Assembly (NCBI GenBank): GCA_002104905.1
Contig: MCFE01000434.1
Coordinates: 11,714-75,713 of the forward strand
Source of the DNA: Basidiobolus meristosporus CBS 931.73
Taxonomy: Eukaryota; Fungi; Basidiobolomycota
DNA: 64,000 nt
Reading direction: 5' to 3'
Shown: positions 13,285 through 25,152 of the stretch, piece after piece
How the letters are laid out: each line of letters opens with the position of its first letter
Position numbering within the stretch: position 1 is the stretch's first letter
Program-made: the position numbers and the translations under genes
Notes under the pieces: model-generated
Told to the model about the DNA's origin: nothing
The model's database searches: none
Seen by the model: only the letters and a program-made list of their open reading frames with translations

Positions 13285-13589
13285 GTTTTTGTAGTGTTGT
13301 GGAGCTCGAGTGAACCTAGCCAAGTCACGGTTTTGACACACTACCTGATGTTTGGAAATTTTTCATTTTTTTTTTGGGCTAACCAGCAAATTAGGAATTT
13401 CGTATAAACCCCCAGTTAAATTACCAACGTTACATGGAATCCGGTTTTACCAAGGATTCAGTGAGATACCCAATAGCTTCCACTCTTCCCTCCACATGCT
13501 GACTTGATGATAGAATATCGATTCTGATCTTGCAGTTGTTGAAGCTTAATGTGTTTTAGCGCTATAGTTTGTACAATGAAGAACAGGCT

Positions 13590-13600
13590 TCGAGGATTAC
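13590..13600 (+). promoter_or_regulatory. Degenerate copy of the PHO89 upstream motif (TCGAGGATTAC)
   Basis: Resembles TCGTGGTTAC with one substitution and one insertion, and ends 355 bp before the copy 1 ATG, the same spacing as in the other copies. Confidence 0.3.
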
Positions 13601-13954
13601 ACTGGATATTGCCTATTTCGAGCACAGTATCAAAACTGATGATGAGCAACTGTCATTTTAAATCATTCAACGATCAAAGTTGTGGATACCTTATTCAATG
13701 AATTCAGCAATAATGCCCAATAGAGCTACTGAGAGACACTGCGTGATCGGATGCGAAGCCCTGAGCTATGTGGCGAACTGAGAATGATTACACGAATTTG
13801 GTATACAGGTCGAGAGTTACATGGCAAAACCTGAAGCACGAGTGGAGAAAAAGAGCAAAACAGAGGGATATATAATGGGTGCAGTGAGGCAATCGACTCC
13901 CCAGGAAGATAATATCCTACATCACTAACTACATTACATTTCTAACCTCTAACG

Positions 13955-15475
13955 ATGCTAGTACACGATTTCACTTGGATATTCGTGGTGTGTATCATCT
14001 TCGCCTTCCTCGATGCCTACGGTATCGGTGCGAACGATGTCGCCAACTCATTCTCCACTTCCGTCTCCTCCAAATCTCTCACCCTTGGCCAGGCCTGTGC
14101 CATCGCCGTGTTCACCGAGTTCTTGGGTGCCTTCCTGATGGGCTCAGGAACAGCCGAGACAATCAAAGGAAAGATCATCTCCATCAAGAACTTCGAGAAC
14201 CAGCCCGAGCTACTCATGCTTGCCATGACATGCGCCCTAGTGGGTTCATCCACCTGGGTGCTGTTTGCCACAAGAAATGGATGGCCAGTGTCGACCACTC
14301 ATGCGATTGTCGGGGCAATCATCGGAGTAGGGATCGCAGCATTTGGTCCAAGCTCGGTTGACTGGAGTTACAACGGAGTGGCCAAGATCATCACCTCCTG
14401 GTTCATCTCCCCCGTGTGCGCAGGAATAGTGGCCAGCATCATCTACTTGGTCACCAAATATGGCGTGCTCAAACATGAGAACTCCTTCGAGCGTGGCCTC
14501 ATTGCCATCCCCTTGTACTTTGGATTCACCGCATTCATCAACGCCTTCTACATCATCTACAAAGGATCTCCAGGCCTTAACCTTGCCTCCGCCTCGCCAG
14601 GAGCTATTTGGGGATCCACCATTGGTATCACAGTTGCCGTGATGCTCTTCTGCTGGTTCTTCATTCGTCCTTGGTTGGTTCGCAAGCTCCAGAAGAAGGA
14701 GGATCTCCGCTGGTATCATGTCTTTGTCGTGCCTTTCCTCGGCCCCCGTCCTTCTGTGACCATTCACGGTGAGGAGGAGGGTAAGACTGAGAAAATGGAC
14801 CATGAGCTTACTCAGCAGGAGGAAACACCCCGCAATGGCATTTTCGAGCGTATCAAGGCTGTCGTGTTGCATGGCATCCGCAAGGATGTTGTCAACTGCA
14901 AGGGTGAAAGAATGCAGAAGATTCACGATGCCGCCATCAGATATGACGATGACACCGAGTACATGTACAGCTTCCTCCAGGTCATCACCGCCTCCATGGC
15001 CTCATTTGCCCATGGCTCGAACGATGTTGCCAATGCTGTTGGCCCACTCTCCACCGTGTACCATGTGTGGAGCACAGCCACTGTCGACATCAGTGGCAAG
15101 ACTCCAGTCCCGTTGTGGGTGTTGGCCATGGGAGGTGTAGCCATTGATCTTGGACTGATCACCTACGGCTACAACATCATGCGCACCCTCGGCAACAAGA
15201 TCACCTACCACTCACCCACTCGTGGATTCAGCATGGAGCTCGGCAGCTCGTTGACTGTGCTGACCGCCTCGAAGATCGGACTGCCAGTGTCCACCACGCA
15301 CTGCATCACCGGGGCCACCGCAGCAGTCGGACTGTGCAACGGAACAGCGAGCTCACTCAACTGGAGAATCATCGCATGGTGCTTCTTGTCCTGGATCTTG
15401 ACTCTTCCGTTTGCTGGAGTTGTTGCTGGACTTTTGTTCTCATTTGCCGCGTATGCTCCAAAACTTACCCTCTAA
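13955..15475 (+). CDS. PHO89: PiT-family Na+/phosphate symporter (Pho89/Pho-4), copy 1, 506 aa
   Basis: Both PiT signatures are present (GANDVAN, HGSNDVAN), plus PVSTTH twice and many hydrophobic helices. TATATAA at 13869. Confidence 0.96.
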   Translation: MLVHDFTWIFVVCIIFAFLDAYGIGANDVANSFSTSVSSKSLTLGQACAIAVFTEFLGAFLMGSGTAETIKGKIISIKNFENQPELLMLAMTCALVGSSTWVLFATRNGWPVSTTHAIVGAIIGVGIAAFGPSSVDWSYNGVAKIITSWFISPVCAGIVASIIYLVTKYGVLKHENSFERGLIAIPLYFGFTAFINAFYIIYKGSPGLNLASASPGAIWGSTIGITVAVMLFCWFFIRPWLVRKLQKKEDLRWYHVFVVPFLGPRPSVTIHGEEEGKTEKMDHELTQQEETPRNGIFERIKAVVLHGIRKDVVNCKGERMQKIHDAAIRYDDDTEYMYSFLQVITASMASFAHGSNDVANAVGPLSTVYHVWSTATVDISGKTPVPLWVLAMGGVAIDLGLITYGYNIMRTLGNKITYHSPTRGFSMELGSSLTVLTASKIGLPVSTTHCITGATAAVGLCNGTASSLNWRIIAWCFLSWILTLPFAGVVAGLLFSFAAYAPKLTL

Positions 15476-15860
15476 ATATCCAGTCCATTAATATTGACTA
15501 TTACACATATACATAACATACGACATAACATAAGAAGCTGTACAGGAATAAAATGTTTATACTTGATATGTGAAGGTAGTAATCGAACTAATGAAAAATC
15601 TCGCAAACTGAAGTTGGTGCCCAATCCAGACGACAAATGATTAGTTGGGATGATTCCGCTTTCACCAGTTTAGTATGTGTATCCTGCGTACTATTGGAAA
15701 TGATATCCAATGTCAGTATTTTTGATGAATTTGCTCGGGGGAGTTCTTGCACAACCTTTGACTCATCGAATAGTTCATCTAAATAAGGTTTGTGAAACCA
15801 GCGCTTATCTCATATAAAGTTTGGTAAGAATTTTTACCAATTACCTGCCCGTAGGGAGAC

Positions 15861-15870
15861 TCGTGGTTAC
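15861..15870 (+). promoter_or_regulatory. Conserved upstream motif TCGTGGTTAC (PHO89 copy 2)
   Basis: Exact match, ending 356 bp before ATG 16226. Confidence 0.65.
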
Positions 15871-16225
15871 AATCGGGTTCTTGCTTACAGCATCTATAAG
15901 GATACAACTCGGGAAACATTTACTGCGAAATTTCATGTGAATCTTATATTGCATACACGTAAACTGCGTAACCCCAGCACGACCAATGAAGCTTCTGGAT
16001 TGCTTGATGTGCCCTTAAACGAAGGCTTATTTCAGCGAAAGGAGTCACAGCGCCTGAATTGGACTAGCAAGTTAAAAAACTGGGTTAGCTCCAACTTCTT
16101 ATCCAAATAAGTAAAATGCCTCAACAAAGTGTTTCCACTGAGATGCGTACTGGATTCATATAAAGTTTACCCAGCTGTTCATTCACCATCACTTGTTCAA
16201 GTGGCTCTCTCCTAAATATTTTGAC

Positions 16226-17747
16226 ATGCTTGTACATGACTTCACTTGGATATTCGTGGTGTGCATCATCTTCGCCTTCCTCGATGCCTACGGTATCGGT
16301 GCGAACGATGTTGCCAACTCGTTCTCCACCTCCGTCTCCTCCAAATCTCTCACCCTTGGCCAGGCCTGTGCCATTGCCGTGTTCACCGAGTTCTTGGGCG
16401 CCTTCCTGATGGGCTCAGGAACAGCCGAGACAATCAAAGGAAAGATCATCTCCATCAAGAACTTCGAGAACCAGCCCGAGCTACTAATGCTTGCCATGAC
16501 ATGCGCCCTAGTGGGTTCATCCACCTGGGTGCTGTTTGCCACAAGAAATGGATGGCCAGTGTCGACCACTCACGCGATTGTCGGGGCAATCATCGGAGTA
16601 GGGATCGCAGCATTCGGGCCAAACTCGGTTGACTGGAGCTACAACGGAGTGGCCAAGATCATCACCTCCTGGTTCATCTCCCCCGTGTGCGCAGGAATAG
16701 TGGCCAGCATCATCTACTTGGTCACAAAATATGGCGTGCTCAAACATGAGAACTCTTTCGAGCGTGGCCTCATTGCCATCCCCTTGTACTTTGGATTCAC
16801 CGCATTTCATCAACGCCTTCTACATCATCTACAAAGGATCTCCAGGCCTTAACCTTGCCTCCGCCTCACCAGGAGCCATTTGGGGATCCACCATTGGTAT
16901 CACAGTTGCCGTGATGCTCTTCTGCTGGTTCTTCATTCGTCCTTGGTTGGTTCGCAAGCTCCAGAAGAAGGAGGATCTCCGCTGGTATCATGTCTTTGTC
17001 GTGCCTTTCCTCGGCCCCCGTCCTTCTGTGACCATTCACAGTGAGGAGGAGGGTAAGACTGAGAAAATGGACCACGAGCTTACTCAGCAGGAGGAAACAC
17101 CCCGCAATGGCATTTTCGAGCGTATCAAGGCTGTCGTGTTGCATGGCATCCGCAAGGATGTTGTCAACTGCAAGGGTGAAAGAATGCAGAAGATTCACGA
17201 TGCCGCCATCAGATATGACGATGACACCGAGTACATGTACAGCTTCCTCCAGGTCATCACCGCCTCCATGGCCTCATTTGCCCATGGCTCGAACGATGTT
17301 GCCAATGCTGTTGGCCCACTCTCCACCGTGTACCATGTGTGGAGCACAGCCACTGTCGACATCAGTGGCAAGACCCCAGTCCCGTTGTGGGTGTTGGCCA
17401 TGGGAGGTGTAGCCATTGATCTTGGGCTGATCACCTACGGCTACAACATCATGCGCACCCTCGGCAACAAGATCACCTACCACTCACCCACCCGTGGATT
17501 CAGCATGGAGCTCGGCAGCTCGTTGACTGTGCTGACCGCCTCAAAGATTGGACTGCCAGTGTCCACCACGCACTGCATCACCGGGGCCACCGCAGCAGTC
17601 GGACTGTGCAACGGAACAGCGAGCTCACTCAACTGGAGAATCATCGCATGGTGCTTCTTGTCCTGGATCTTGACTCTTCCATTTGCTGGAGTTGTTGCTG
17701 GACTGTTGTTCTCATTTGCCGCGTATGCCCCCAAATTTACCCTTTAA
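16226..17747 (+). pseudogene. PHO89: PHO89 copy 2 with one +1 frameshift (pseudogene or sequencing error)
   Basis: Spans 1522 bp against 1521 in intact copies. There is an extra T at 16805-16807 (GCATTTCATC vs GCATTCATC); otherwise the copy is intact. TATAAA at 16159. Confidence 0.85.
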
Positions 17748-18336
17748 ATTTAAATTCACGACCTAGCTTGAAAGATTTGTACAGTAATAAAATTGTGTTT
17801 ACCGAAGAAATTGCAACATACATCATTCATATATCCTGAATGCGTGGTTGAGATTTACAATTCAGTTGGTTGTAGGATCGGTTGCATTGTGACTCAATGG
17901 TCCATTAGGGTGGAAGACAATGGGAATATTTAATAACTTTGCGGTACAAATGGTGATTGTAGTGTTCTTGAATTTTCCGGTAAATATAGGATAAATATTT
18001 TGCTGTATACGGATTCGAGCAGGTGTGTAGAATTGCCAATTTGCATGCTCACTATATGCTTTCCATGATGCTTTCGTAAAGCGTACTCCATTGGGTATTT
18101 CAATGTCTACGGGATGCCGGCTAAATAGCCACGATTCTGACACAATGGAAAATCAGGAGGCAGTTTCATGATGGTCTTCTTTGGCAACTCAAGATCAATT
18201 TCCAGCAGTTGAATCGGTTGGTGAGTAGTCAGTGGTTAGTAGGGAAATCCAAGTCAGATTTCACTGCCTCTGATTTACGCTTGTGTGAGATAGACTTTTG
18301 ACGATGCAACCACCAATCAGCTATCACCAAGGCATC

Positions 18337-18346
18337 TCGTGGTTAC
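18337..18346 (+). promoter_or_regulatory. Conserved upstream motif TCGTGGTTAC (PHO89 copy 3)
   Basis: Exact match, ending 370 bp before ATG 18716. Confidence 0.65.
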
Positions 18347-18715
18347 ATTCACGATCAATAAAAAGCACGCTGATTCAGAAATCTAGTAGACATGAGATAT
18401 ACCGATTACTTGAGTAATTTTTTAAGATGACTGGATCTACAACTGAAGACCACTCCCCCGATATTTCGTCTGGAGTAACCTCACAGTGGCCAATCGATTC
18501 TTTGATGCCAGTTGCATGCGTCTAAGCGAATTTTTATTCCAGAAACTAACGTTGCACCATTCGGCCAGACATGGCAACTAGAGCATCAACGACTGTAAGA
18601 AGTAAATTGTCCATGAACAATAGGAATGTTCCATTCAGATTTCATCTCATAGCACTGAATATAAAAGAAATTTGTTGGATTCTCTGTTGGTCAACTAAAA
18701 ATCTACTTTAACTCA

Positions 18716-20236
18716 ATGCTAGTACACGATTTCACTTGGATATTCGTGGTGTGTATCATCTTTGCCTTCCTCGATGCCTACGGTATCGGTGCGAACGATG
18801 TCGCCAACTCATTCTCCACCTCCGTCTCCTCAAAATCTCTGACCCTTGGCCAGGCCTGTGTCATTGCCGTGTTCACCGAGTTCTTGGGTGCCTTCCTGAT
18901 GGGCTCAGGAACAGCCGAGACAATCAAAGGAAAGATCATCTCCATCAAGAACTTCGAGAACCAGCCCGAGCTACTCATGCTTGCCATGACATGCGCTCTA
19001 GTGGGTTCATCCACCTGGGTGCTGTTTGCCACAAGAAATGGATGGCCAGTGTCGACCACTCACGCGATTGTCGGGGCAATCATCGGAGTAGGGATCGCAG
19101 CATTCGGGCCAAACTCGGTTGACTGGAGCTACAACGGAGTGGCCAAGATCATCACCTCCTGGTTCATCTCCCCCGTGTGCGCAGGAATAGTGGCCAGTAT
19201 CATTTACCTGGTCACCAAACATGGTGTGCTGAAGCACAAGAACTCCTTTGAGCGTGGCCTCATTGCCATCCCCTTGTACTTTGGATTCACCGCATTCATC
19301 AACGCCTTCTACATCATCTACAAAGGATCTCCGGGCCTCAACCTTGCCTCCGCCTCGCCAGGAGCCATTTGGGGATCCACCGTTGGCATCACAGTTGCCG
19401 TGATGTTCTTCTGCTGGTTCTTCATTCGTCCTTGGTTGGTTCGCAAGCTCCAGAAGAAGGAGGATCTCCGCTGGTATCATGTCTTTGTCGTGCCTTTCCT
19501 CGGCCCCCGTCCTTCTGTGACCATTCACAGTGAAGAGGAAGGCAAGGCTGAGAAGGGTGAGCACCAGATTGCTGAAGAAGGTGACGCTGCCCCCGCTGGT
19601 GTCTTCGAGCGCATCAAGGCTGTCGTGTTACACGGTGTCCGCAAGGATGTTGTCAACTGCAAAGGCGAGAGAATGCAGAAGATCCACGATGCCGCCATCA
19701 GATATGACGATGACACCGAGTACATGTACAGCTTCCTCCAGGTCATCACTGCCTCCATGGCCTCATTTGCCCATGGCTCGAACGATGTTGCCAATGCTGT
19801 TGGCCCACTCTCCACCGTGTACCATGTGTGGAGCACAGCCACTGTCGACATCAGTGGCAAGACTCCAGTCCCGTTGTGGGTGTTGGCCATGGGAGGTGTA
19901 GCCATTGATCTTGGACTGATCACCTACGGCTACAACATCATGCGCACCCTCGGCAACAAGATCACCTACCACTCACCCACTCGTGGATTCAGCATGGAGC
20001 TCGGCAGTTCGTTGACTGTGCTGACCGCCTCGAAGATCGGACTGCCAGTGTCCACCACGCACTGCATCACCGGGGCCACCGCAGCAGTCGGACTGTGCAA
20101 CGGAACAGCGAGCTCACTCAACTGGAGAATCATCGCATGGTGCTTCTTGTCCTGGATCTTGACTCTTCCATTTGCTGGAGTTGTTGCTGGACTTCTGTTC
20201 TCATTTGCCGCGTATGCCCCTAAATTGACTCTCTAA
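18716..20236 (+). CDS. PHO89: PiT-family Na+/phosphate symporter, copy 3, 506 aa
   Basis: Intact ORF with PiT signatures. TATAAA at 18660. Confidence 0.96.
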   Translation: MLVHDFTWIFVVCIIFAFLDAYGIGANDVANSFSTSVSSKSLTLGQACVIAVFTEFLGAFLMGSGTAETIKGKIISIKNFENQPELLMLAMTCALVGSSTWVLFATRNGWPVSTTHAIVGAIIGVGIAAFGPNSVDWSYNGVAKIITSWFISPVCAGIVASIIYLVTKHGVLKHKNSFERGLIAIPLYFGFTAFINAFYIIYKGSPGLNLASASPGAIWGSTVGITVAVMFFCWFFIRPWLVRKLQKKEDLRWYHVFVVPFLGPRPSVTIHSEEEGKAEKGEHQIAEEGDAAPAGVFERIKAVVLHGVRKDVVNCKGERMQKIHDAAIRYDDDTEYMYSFLQVITASMASFAHGSNDVANAVGPLSTVYHVWSTATVDISGKTPVPLWVLAMGGVAIDLGLITYGYNIMRTLGNKITYHSPTRGFSMELGSSLTVLTASKIGLPVSTTHCITGATAAVGLCNGTASSLNWRIIAWCFLSWILTLPFAGVVAGLLFSFAAYAPKLTL

Positions 20237-20642
20237 AATTAATACTATCACTATAATTTAAATCGCATTTCACTACAATATACATATATCTTGCTGTATA
20301 GAAATAAATTGGCCTAACTTTCAAAACCAATGTACAAATGAAAGAATTTAAATACGTCTTCTGTTTCATCACTCCATCTGTCAACAAACTGCAAAGCCAT
20401 ATTGGTATGTTGGCGTTACTAGGCCACCATATTTCTTGGTCAGTGACTGCAAAATCTTTGCTTGGAAGTAACACAAAGTATATGCTGCGCACTGTTCCAC
20501 TAGCAGTCTATTTGGGAAATATGTTCGGTGTGAGTAATGTACCACATATTCCAGATAAACGATTTTCTTGAAATCAGTGTAACCAGAGCTTAGTGCCCAT
20601 TAGCAACTGCACATGTAACCAATAAATGATCAACAATGTTGC

Positions 20643-20652
20643 TCGTGGTTAC
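20643..20652 (+). promoter_or_regulatory. Conserved upstream motif TCGTGGTTAC (PHO89 copy 4)
   Basis: Exact match, ending 356 bp before ATG 21008. Confidence 0.65.
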
Positions 20653-21007
20653 CATCTTGTTTTCATACGGAATAGATGAGAATACCTACTTGTATGCATC
20701 TGGTAAATAGCTTGTGAGCCCTTTTGTCCATCTATTCCGATGGAGGTAACTATAACGTGCCCAATGGATTTCAGGAAGAGCATTTCATGGTGTACACTTT
20801 TGGCTTATTCCCGAGGTCTGGAGACACAATCTTTACATAGGCCCAAATGGTGAGAACCTTGGCATGGGACAGGTTATCCATTGAAATAGTAAAATATGTG
20901 GTAGAGGGCAGATACCATCACCAGAACGACCATATTTGTATAAAAATCAGCAGGAGCACCCACTACTCATCGCTTTGAAAAGTGAAACCCTCTAAATCTC
21001 ATTCATT

Positions 21008-22528
21008 ATGCTGGTCCACGATTTCACTTGGATATTCGTGGTGTGTATCATCTTCGCCTTCCTCGATGCCTACGGTATCGGTGCGAACGATGTCGCCAAC
21101 TCATTCTCCACCTCCGTCTCCTCAAAATCTCTGACCCTTGGCCAGGCCTGTGTCATCGCCGTGTTCACCGAGTTCTTGGGTGCCTTCCTGATGGGCTCAG
21201 GAACAGCCGAGACAATCAAAGGAAAGATCATCTCCATCAAGAACTTCGAGAACCAGCCCGAGCTACTCATGCTTGCCATGACATGCGCCCTAGTGGGTTC
21301 ATCCACCTGGGTGCTGTTTGCCACAAAGAATGGATGGCCAGTGTCGACCACTCACGCGATTGTCGGGGCAATCATCGGAGTAGGGATCGCAGCATTCGGG
21401 CCTAACTCGGTTGACTGGAGCTACAACGGAGTGGCCAAGATCATCACCTCTTGGTTCATCTCCCCCGTGTGCGCAGGAATAGTGGCCAGTATCATTTACC
21501 TGGTCACCAAACATGGTGTGCTGAAGCACAAGAACTCCTTTGAGCGTGGCCTCATTGCCATCCCCTTGTACTTTGGATTCACCGCATTCATCAACGCCTT
21601 CTACATCATCTACAAAGGATCTCCAGGCCTTAACCTTGCCTCCGCCTCACCAGGAGCCATTTGGGGATCCACCGTTGGCATCACAGTTGCCGTGATGCTC
21701 TTCTGCTGGTTCTTCATTCGTCCTTGGTTGGTTCGCAAGCTCCAGAAGAAGGAGGATCTCCGCTGGTATCATGTCTTTGTCATTCCTTTCCTCGGCCCCC
21801 GTCCTTCTGTGACCATTCACAGTGAAGAGGAAGGCAAGGCTGAGAAGGGTGCGCATGAGATTGCTGAAGAAGGTGACGCTGCCCCCACTGGTGTCTTCGA
21901 GCGCATCAAGGCTGTCGTGTTGCACGGTGTCCGCAAGGATGTTGTCAACTGCAAAGGCGAGAGAATGCAGAAGATCCACGATGCCGCCATCAGATATGAC
22001 GATGACACCGAGTACATGTACAGCTTCCTCCAGGTCATCACTGCCTCCATGGCCTCATTTGCCCATGGCTCGAACGATGTTGCCAATGCTGTTGGCCCAC
22101 TCTCCACCGTGTACCATGTGTGGAGCACAGCCACTGTCGACATCAGTGGCAAGACTCCAGTCCCGTTGTGGGTGCTGGCCATGGGAGGTGTAGCCATTGA
22201 TCTTGGACTGATCACCTATGGCTACAACATCATGCGCACCCTCGGCAACAAGATCACCTACCACTCACCCACCCGTGGATTTAGCATGGAGCTCGGCAGC
22301 TCGTTGACTGTGCTGACCGCCTCGAAGATCGGACTGCCAGTGTCCACCACGCACTGCATCACCGGGGCCACCGCAGCAGTCGGGCTGTGCAACGGAACAG
22401 CGAGCTCACTCAACTGGAGAATCATCGCATGGTGCTTCTTGTCCTGGATCCTGACCCTTCCGTTTGCTGGGCTCGTTGCTGGACTTTTGTTCTCATTTGC
22501 TGCATATGCTCCCAAACTCACTCTTTAA
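21008..22528 (+). CDS. PHO89: PiT-family Na+/phosphate symporter, copy 4, 506 aa
   Basis: Intact ORF with PiT signatures. TATAAA at 20939. Confidence 0.96.
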   Translation: MLVHDFTWIFVVCIIFAFLDAYGIGANDVANSFSTSVSSKSLTLGQACVIAVFTEFLGAFLMGSGTAETIKGKIISIKNFENQPELLMLAMTCALVGSSTWVLFATKNGWPVSTTHAIVGAIIGVGIAAFGPNSVDWSYNGVAKIITSWFISPVCAGIVASIIYLVTKHGVLKHKNSFERGLIAIPLYFGFTAFINAFYIIYKGSPGLNLASASPGAIWGSTVGITVAVMLFCWFFIRPWLVRKLQKKEDLRWYHVFVIPFLGPRPSVTIHSEEEGKAEKGAHEIAEEGDAAPTGVFERIKAVVLHGVRKDVVNCKGERMQKIHDAAIRYDDDTEYMYSFLQVITASMASFAHGSNDVANAVGPLSTVYHVWSTATVDISGKTPVPLWVLAMGGVAIDLGLITYGYNIMRTLGNKITYHSPTRGFSMELGSSLTVLTASKIGLPVSTTHCITGATAAVGLCNGTASSLNWRIIAWCFLSWILTLPFAGLVAGLLFSFAAYAPKLTL

Positions 22529-22925
22529 TATCGTTGCTCCCCCTCGTTAAATCTCAAACTCACCGTAACATGCGTCTCTCTACCTCCATAGAAATAAAAA
22601 TTACAAAATTTTGATATCATAATAATTTGCTTTCGGGCCCATTGTACGTCTAGACAATTTATGGAGCTATGATGTTATTCACTTGCTCGCATTATGCTAA
22701 AGTATGATTAATGCCTCTACGGTCATCTTGTCAAATCCCGAAATTGAGTAGTACCTGGAATCGTTGTTCGCACATTGTGCTGCTCATCTTCCATTCAGAA
22801 AATACCTTTAGTGCGGATTGGATTTCACCAACCCCGAAACTACAATTTTCTTAAAATCAGTGTAACCAAAGCTTAGTGCCCATTAGCTACTGCACATGTA
22901 ACCAATAAATGATCAACAATGTTGC

Positions 22926-22935
22926 TCGTGGTTAC
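22926..22935 (+). promoter_or_regulatory. Conserved upstream motif TCGTGGTTAC (PHO89 copy 5)
   Basis: Exact match, ending 351 bp before ATG 23286. Not independent of copy 4, because the surrounding spacer is duplicated. Confidence 0.6.
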
Positions 22936-23285
22936 CATCTTGTTTTCATACGGAATAGATGAGAATGTCCATGTAATTGGTAAACAATGTATAGCCCTCC
23001 TGCCCATCTATTTCAATGAAGGTAACCATCACGCGCCCAATGGGTTCCATGAGGAGCATTTCATGGTGTAAGCACTTTGGCCTATTCCTGAGGTTTGGAG
23101 ACACAACCTCCGAACTCGCCCAACTGGTGAAAACCTTAGCTCATAACAGGTTCAATGGCAGAAATAGTAAGTTATAAAGTATAGAGAAAATGCCATAATC
23201 AGAACGACCACATCCGTATAAAAGTCAGCAGGAACACCCACTACTCATCGCTTTGAAAAGTGAAACCCTCTAAATCCCATTCATT

Positions 23286-24806
23286 ATGCTGGTCCACGAT
23301 TTCACTTGGATATTCGTGGTGTGTATCATCTTCGCCTTTCTTGATGCCTACGGTATCGGTGCGAACGATGTTGCCAACTCATTCTCCACTTCCGTCTCCT
23401 CCAAATCTCTGACCCTTGGCCAGGCCTGTGTCATCGCCGTGTTCACCGAGTTCTTGGGTGCCTTCCTGATGGGCTCAGGAACAGCCGAGACAATCAAAGG
23501 AAAGATCATCTCCATCAAGAACTTCGAGAACCAGCCCGAGCTACTCATGCTTGCCATGACATGCGCCCTAGTGGGTTCATCCACCTGGGTGCTGTTTGCC
23601 ACAAGAAATGGATGGCCAGTGTCGACCACTCACGCGATTGTCGGGGCAATCATCGGAGTAGGGATCGCAGCATTCGGGCCTAACTCGGTTGACTGGAGCT
23701 ACAACGGAGTGGCCAAGATCATCACCTCCTGGTTCATCTCCCCCGTGTGCGCAGGAATAGTGGCCAGTATCATTTACCTGGTCACCAAACATGGTGTGCT
23801 GAAGCACAAGAACTCCTTTGAGCGTGGCCTCATTGCCATCCCCTTGTACTTTGGATTCACCGCATTCATCAACGCCTTCTACATCATCTACAAAGGATCT
23901 CCAGGCCTCAACCTTGCCTCCGCCTCACCAGGAGCCATTTGGGGATCCACCGTTGGCATCACAGTTGCCGTGATGCTCTTCTGCTGGTTCTTCATTCGTC
24001 CTTGGTTGGTTCGCAAGCTCCAGAAGAAGGAGGATCTCCGCTGGTATCATGTCTTTGTCATTCCTTTCCTCGGCCCCCGTCCTTCTGTGACCATTCACAG
24101 TGAAGAGGAAGGCAAGGCTGAGAAGGGTGAGCATGAGATTGCTGAAGAAGGTGACGCTGCCCCCACTGGTGTCTTCGAGCGCATCAAGGCTGTCGTGTTA
24201 CACGGTGTCCGCAAGGATGTTGTCAACTGCAAAGGCGAGAGAATGCAGAAGATCCACGATGCCGCCATCAGATATGACGATGACACCGAGTACATGTACA
24301 GCTTCCTCCAGGTCATCACTGCCTCCATGGCCTCATTTGCCCATGGCTCGAACGATGTTGCCAATGCTGTTGGCCCACTCTCCACCGTGTACCATGTGTG
24401 GAGCACAGCCACTGTCGACATCAGTGGCAAGACTCCAGTCCCGTTGTGGGTGTTGGCCATGGGAGGTGTTGCCATTGATCTTGGACTGATCACCTATGGC
24501 TACAACATCATGCGCACCCTCGGCAACAAGATCACCTACCACTCACCCACTCGTGGATTCAGCATGGAGCTCGGCAGCTCGTTGACTGTGCTGACCGCCT
24601 CGAAGATCGGACTGCCAGTGTCCACCACGCACTGCATCACCGGGGCCACCGCAGCAGTCGGACTGTGCAACGGAACAGCGAGCTCACTCAACTGGAGAAT
24701 CATCGCATGGTGCTTCTTGTCCTGGATCTTGACTCTTCCGTTTGCTGGAGTTGTTGCTGGACTTTTGTTCTCATTTGCAGCATATGCCCCTAAATTCACC
24801 CTTTAG
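23286..24806 (+). CDS. PHO89: PiT-family Na+/phosphate symporter, copy 5, 506 aa
   Basis: Intact ORF with PiT signatures. TATAAA at 23217. Confidence 0.96.
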   Translation: MLVHDFTWIFVVCIIFAFLDAYGIGANDVANSFSTSVSSKSLTLGQACVIAVFTEFLGAFLMGSGTAETIKGKIISIKNFENQPELLMLAMTCALVGSSTWVLFATRNGWPVSTTHAIVGAIIGVGIAAFGPNSVDWSYNGVAKIITSWFISPVCAGIVASIIYLVTKHGVLKHKNSFERGLIAIPLYFGFTAFINAFYIIYKGSPGLNLASASPGAIWGSTVGITVAVMLFCWFFIRPWLVRKLQKKEDLRWYHVFVIPFLGPRPSVTIHSEEEGKAEKGEHEIAEEGDAAPTGVFERIKAVVLHGVRKDVVNCKGERMQKIHDAAIRYDDDTEYMYSFLQVITASMASFAHGSNDVANAVGPLSTVYHVWSTATVDISGKTPVPLWVLAMGGVAIDLGLITYGYNIMRTLGNKITYHSPTRGFSMELGSSLTVLTASKIGLPVSTTHCITGATAAVGLCNGTASSLNWRIIAWCFLSWILTLPFAGVVAGLLFSFAAYAPKFTL

Positions 24807-25152
24807 TAGTCCAACTCCTTAGCTAGCTCAATATAATACAGCAGTATACGTACCTGCACTCTAGCCCAACCTAATGAAAGACTTGCCACAGCATCTAGGT
24901 TCGAAGAACTTAAAAGATTTTAATAAAGCAGATTCGTCAATAATAATGATCATTTCGATATTCCAGCCAAATGTTGATCGCGAGTATGGAATTAGACCTA
25001 CGACCAGTAAAAATCAAGAAACTTTGCGAGTTTCACTTACAAACCATATTAAGGATAGGATTGATGGGTAATAGCAGCAATGGCAAGTGCAACAAAAACT
25101 TCGCTTAGATTAACTCCAAAAAATGCAACCAATTATTAGGCATCAACCACAC

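Noticed and set aside
17862-18143. 93-aa minus-strand ORF in the PHO89 copy 2-3 spacer
   Set aside because: It has a non-ATG start, no recognisable motif, and no counterpart in other spacers.
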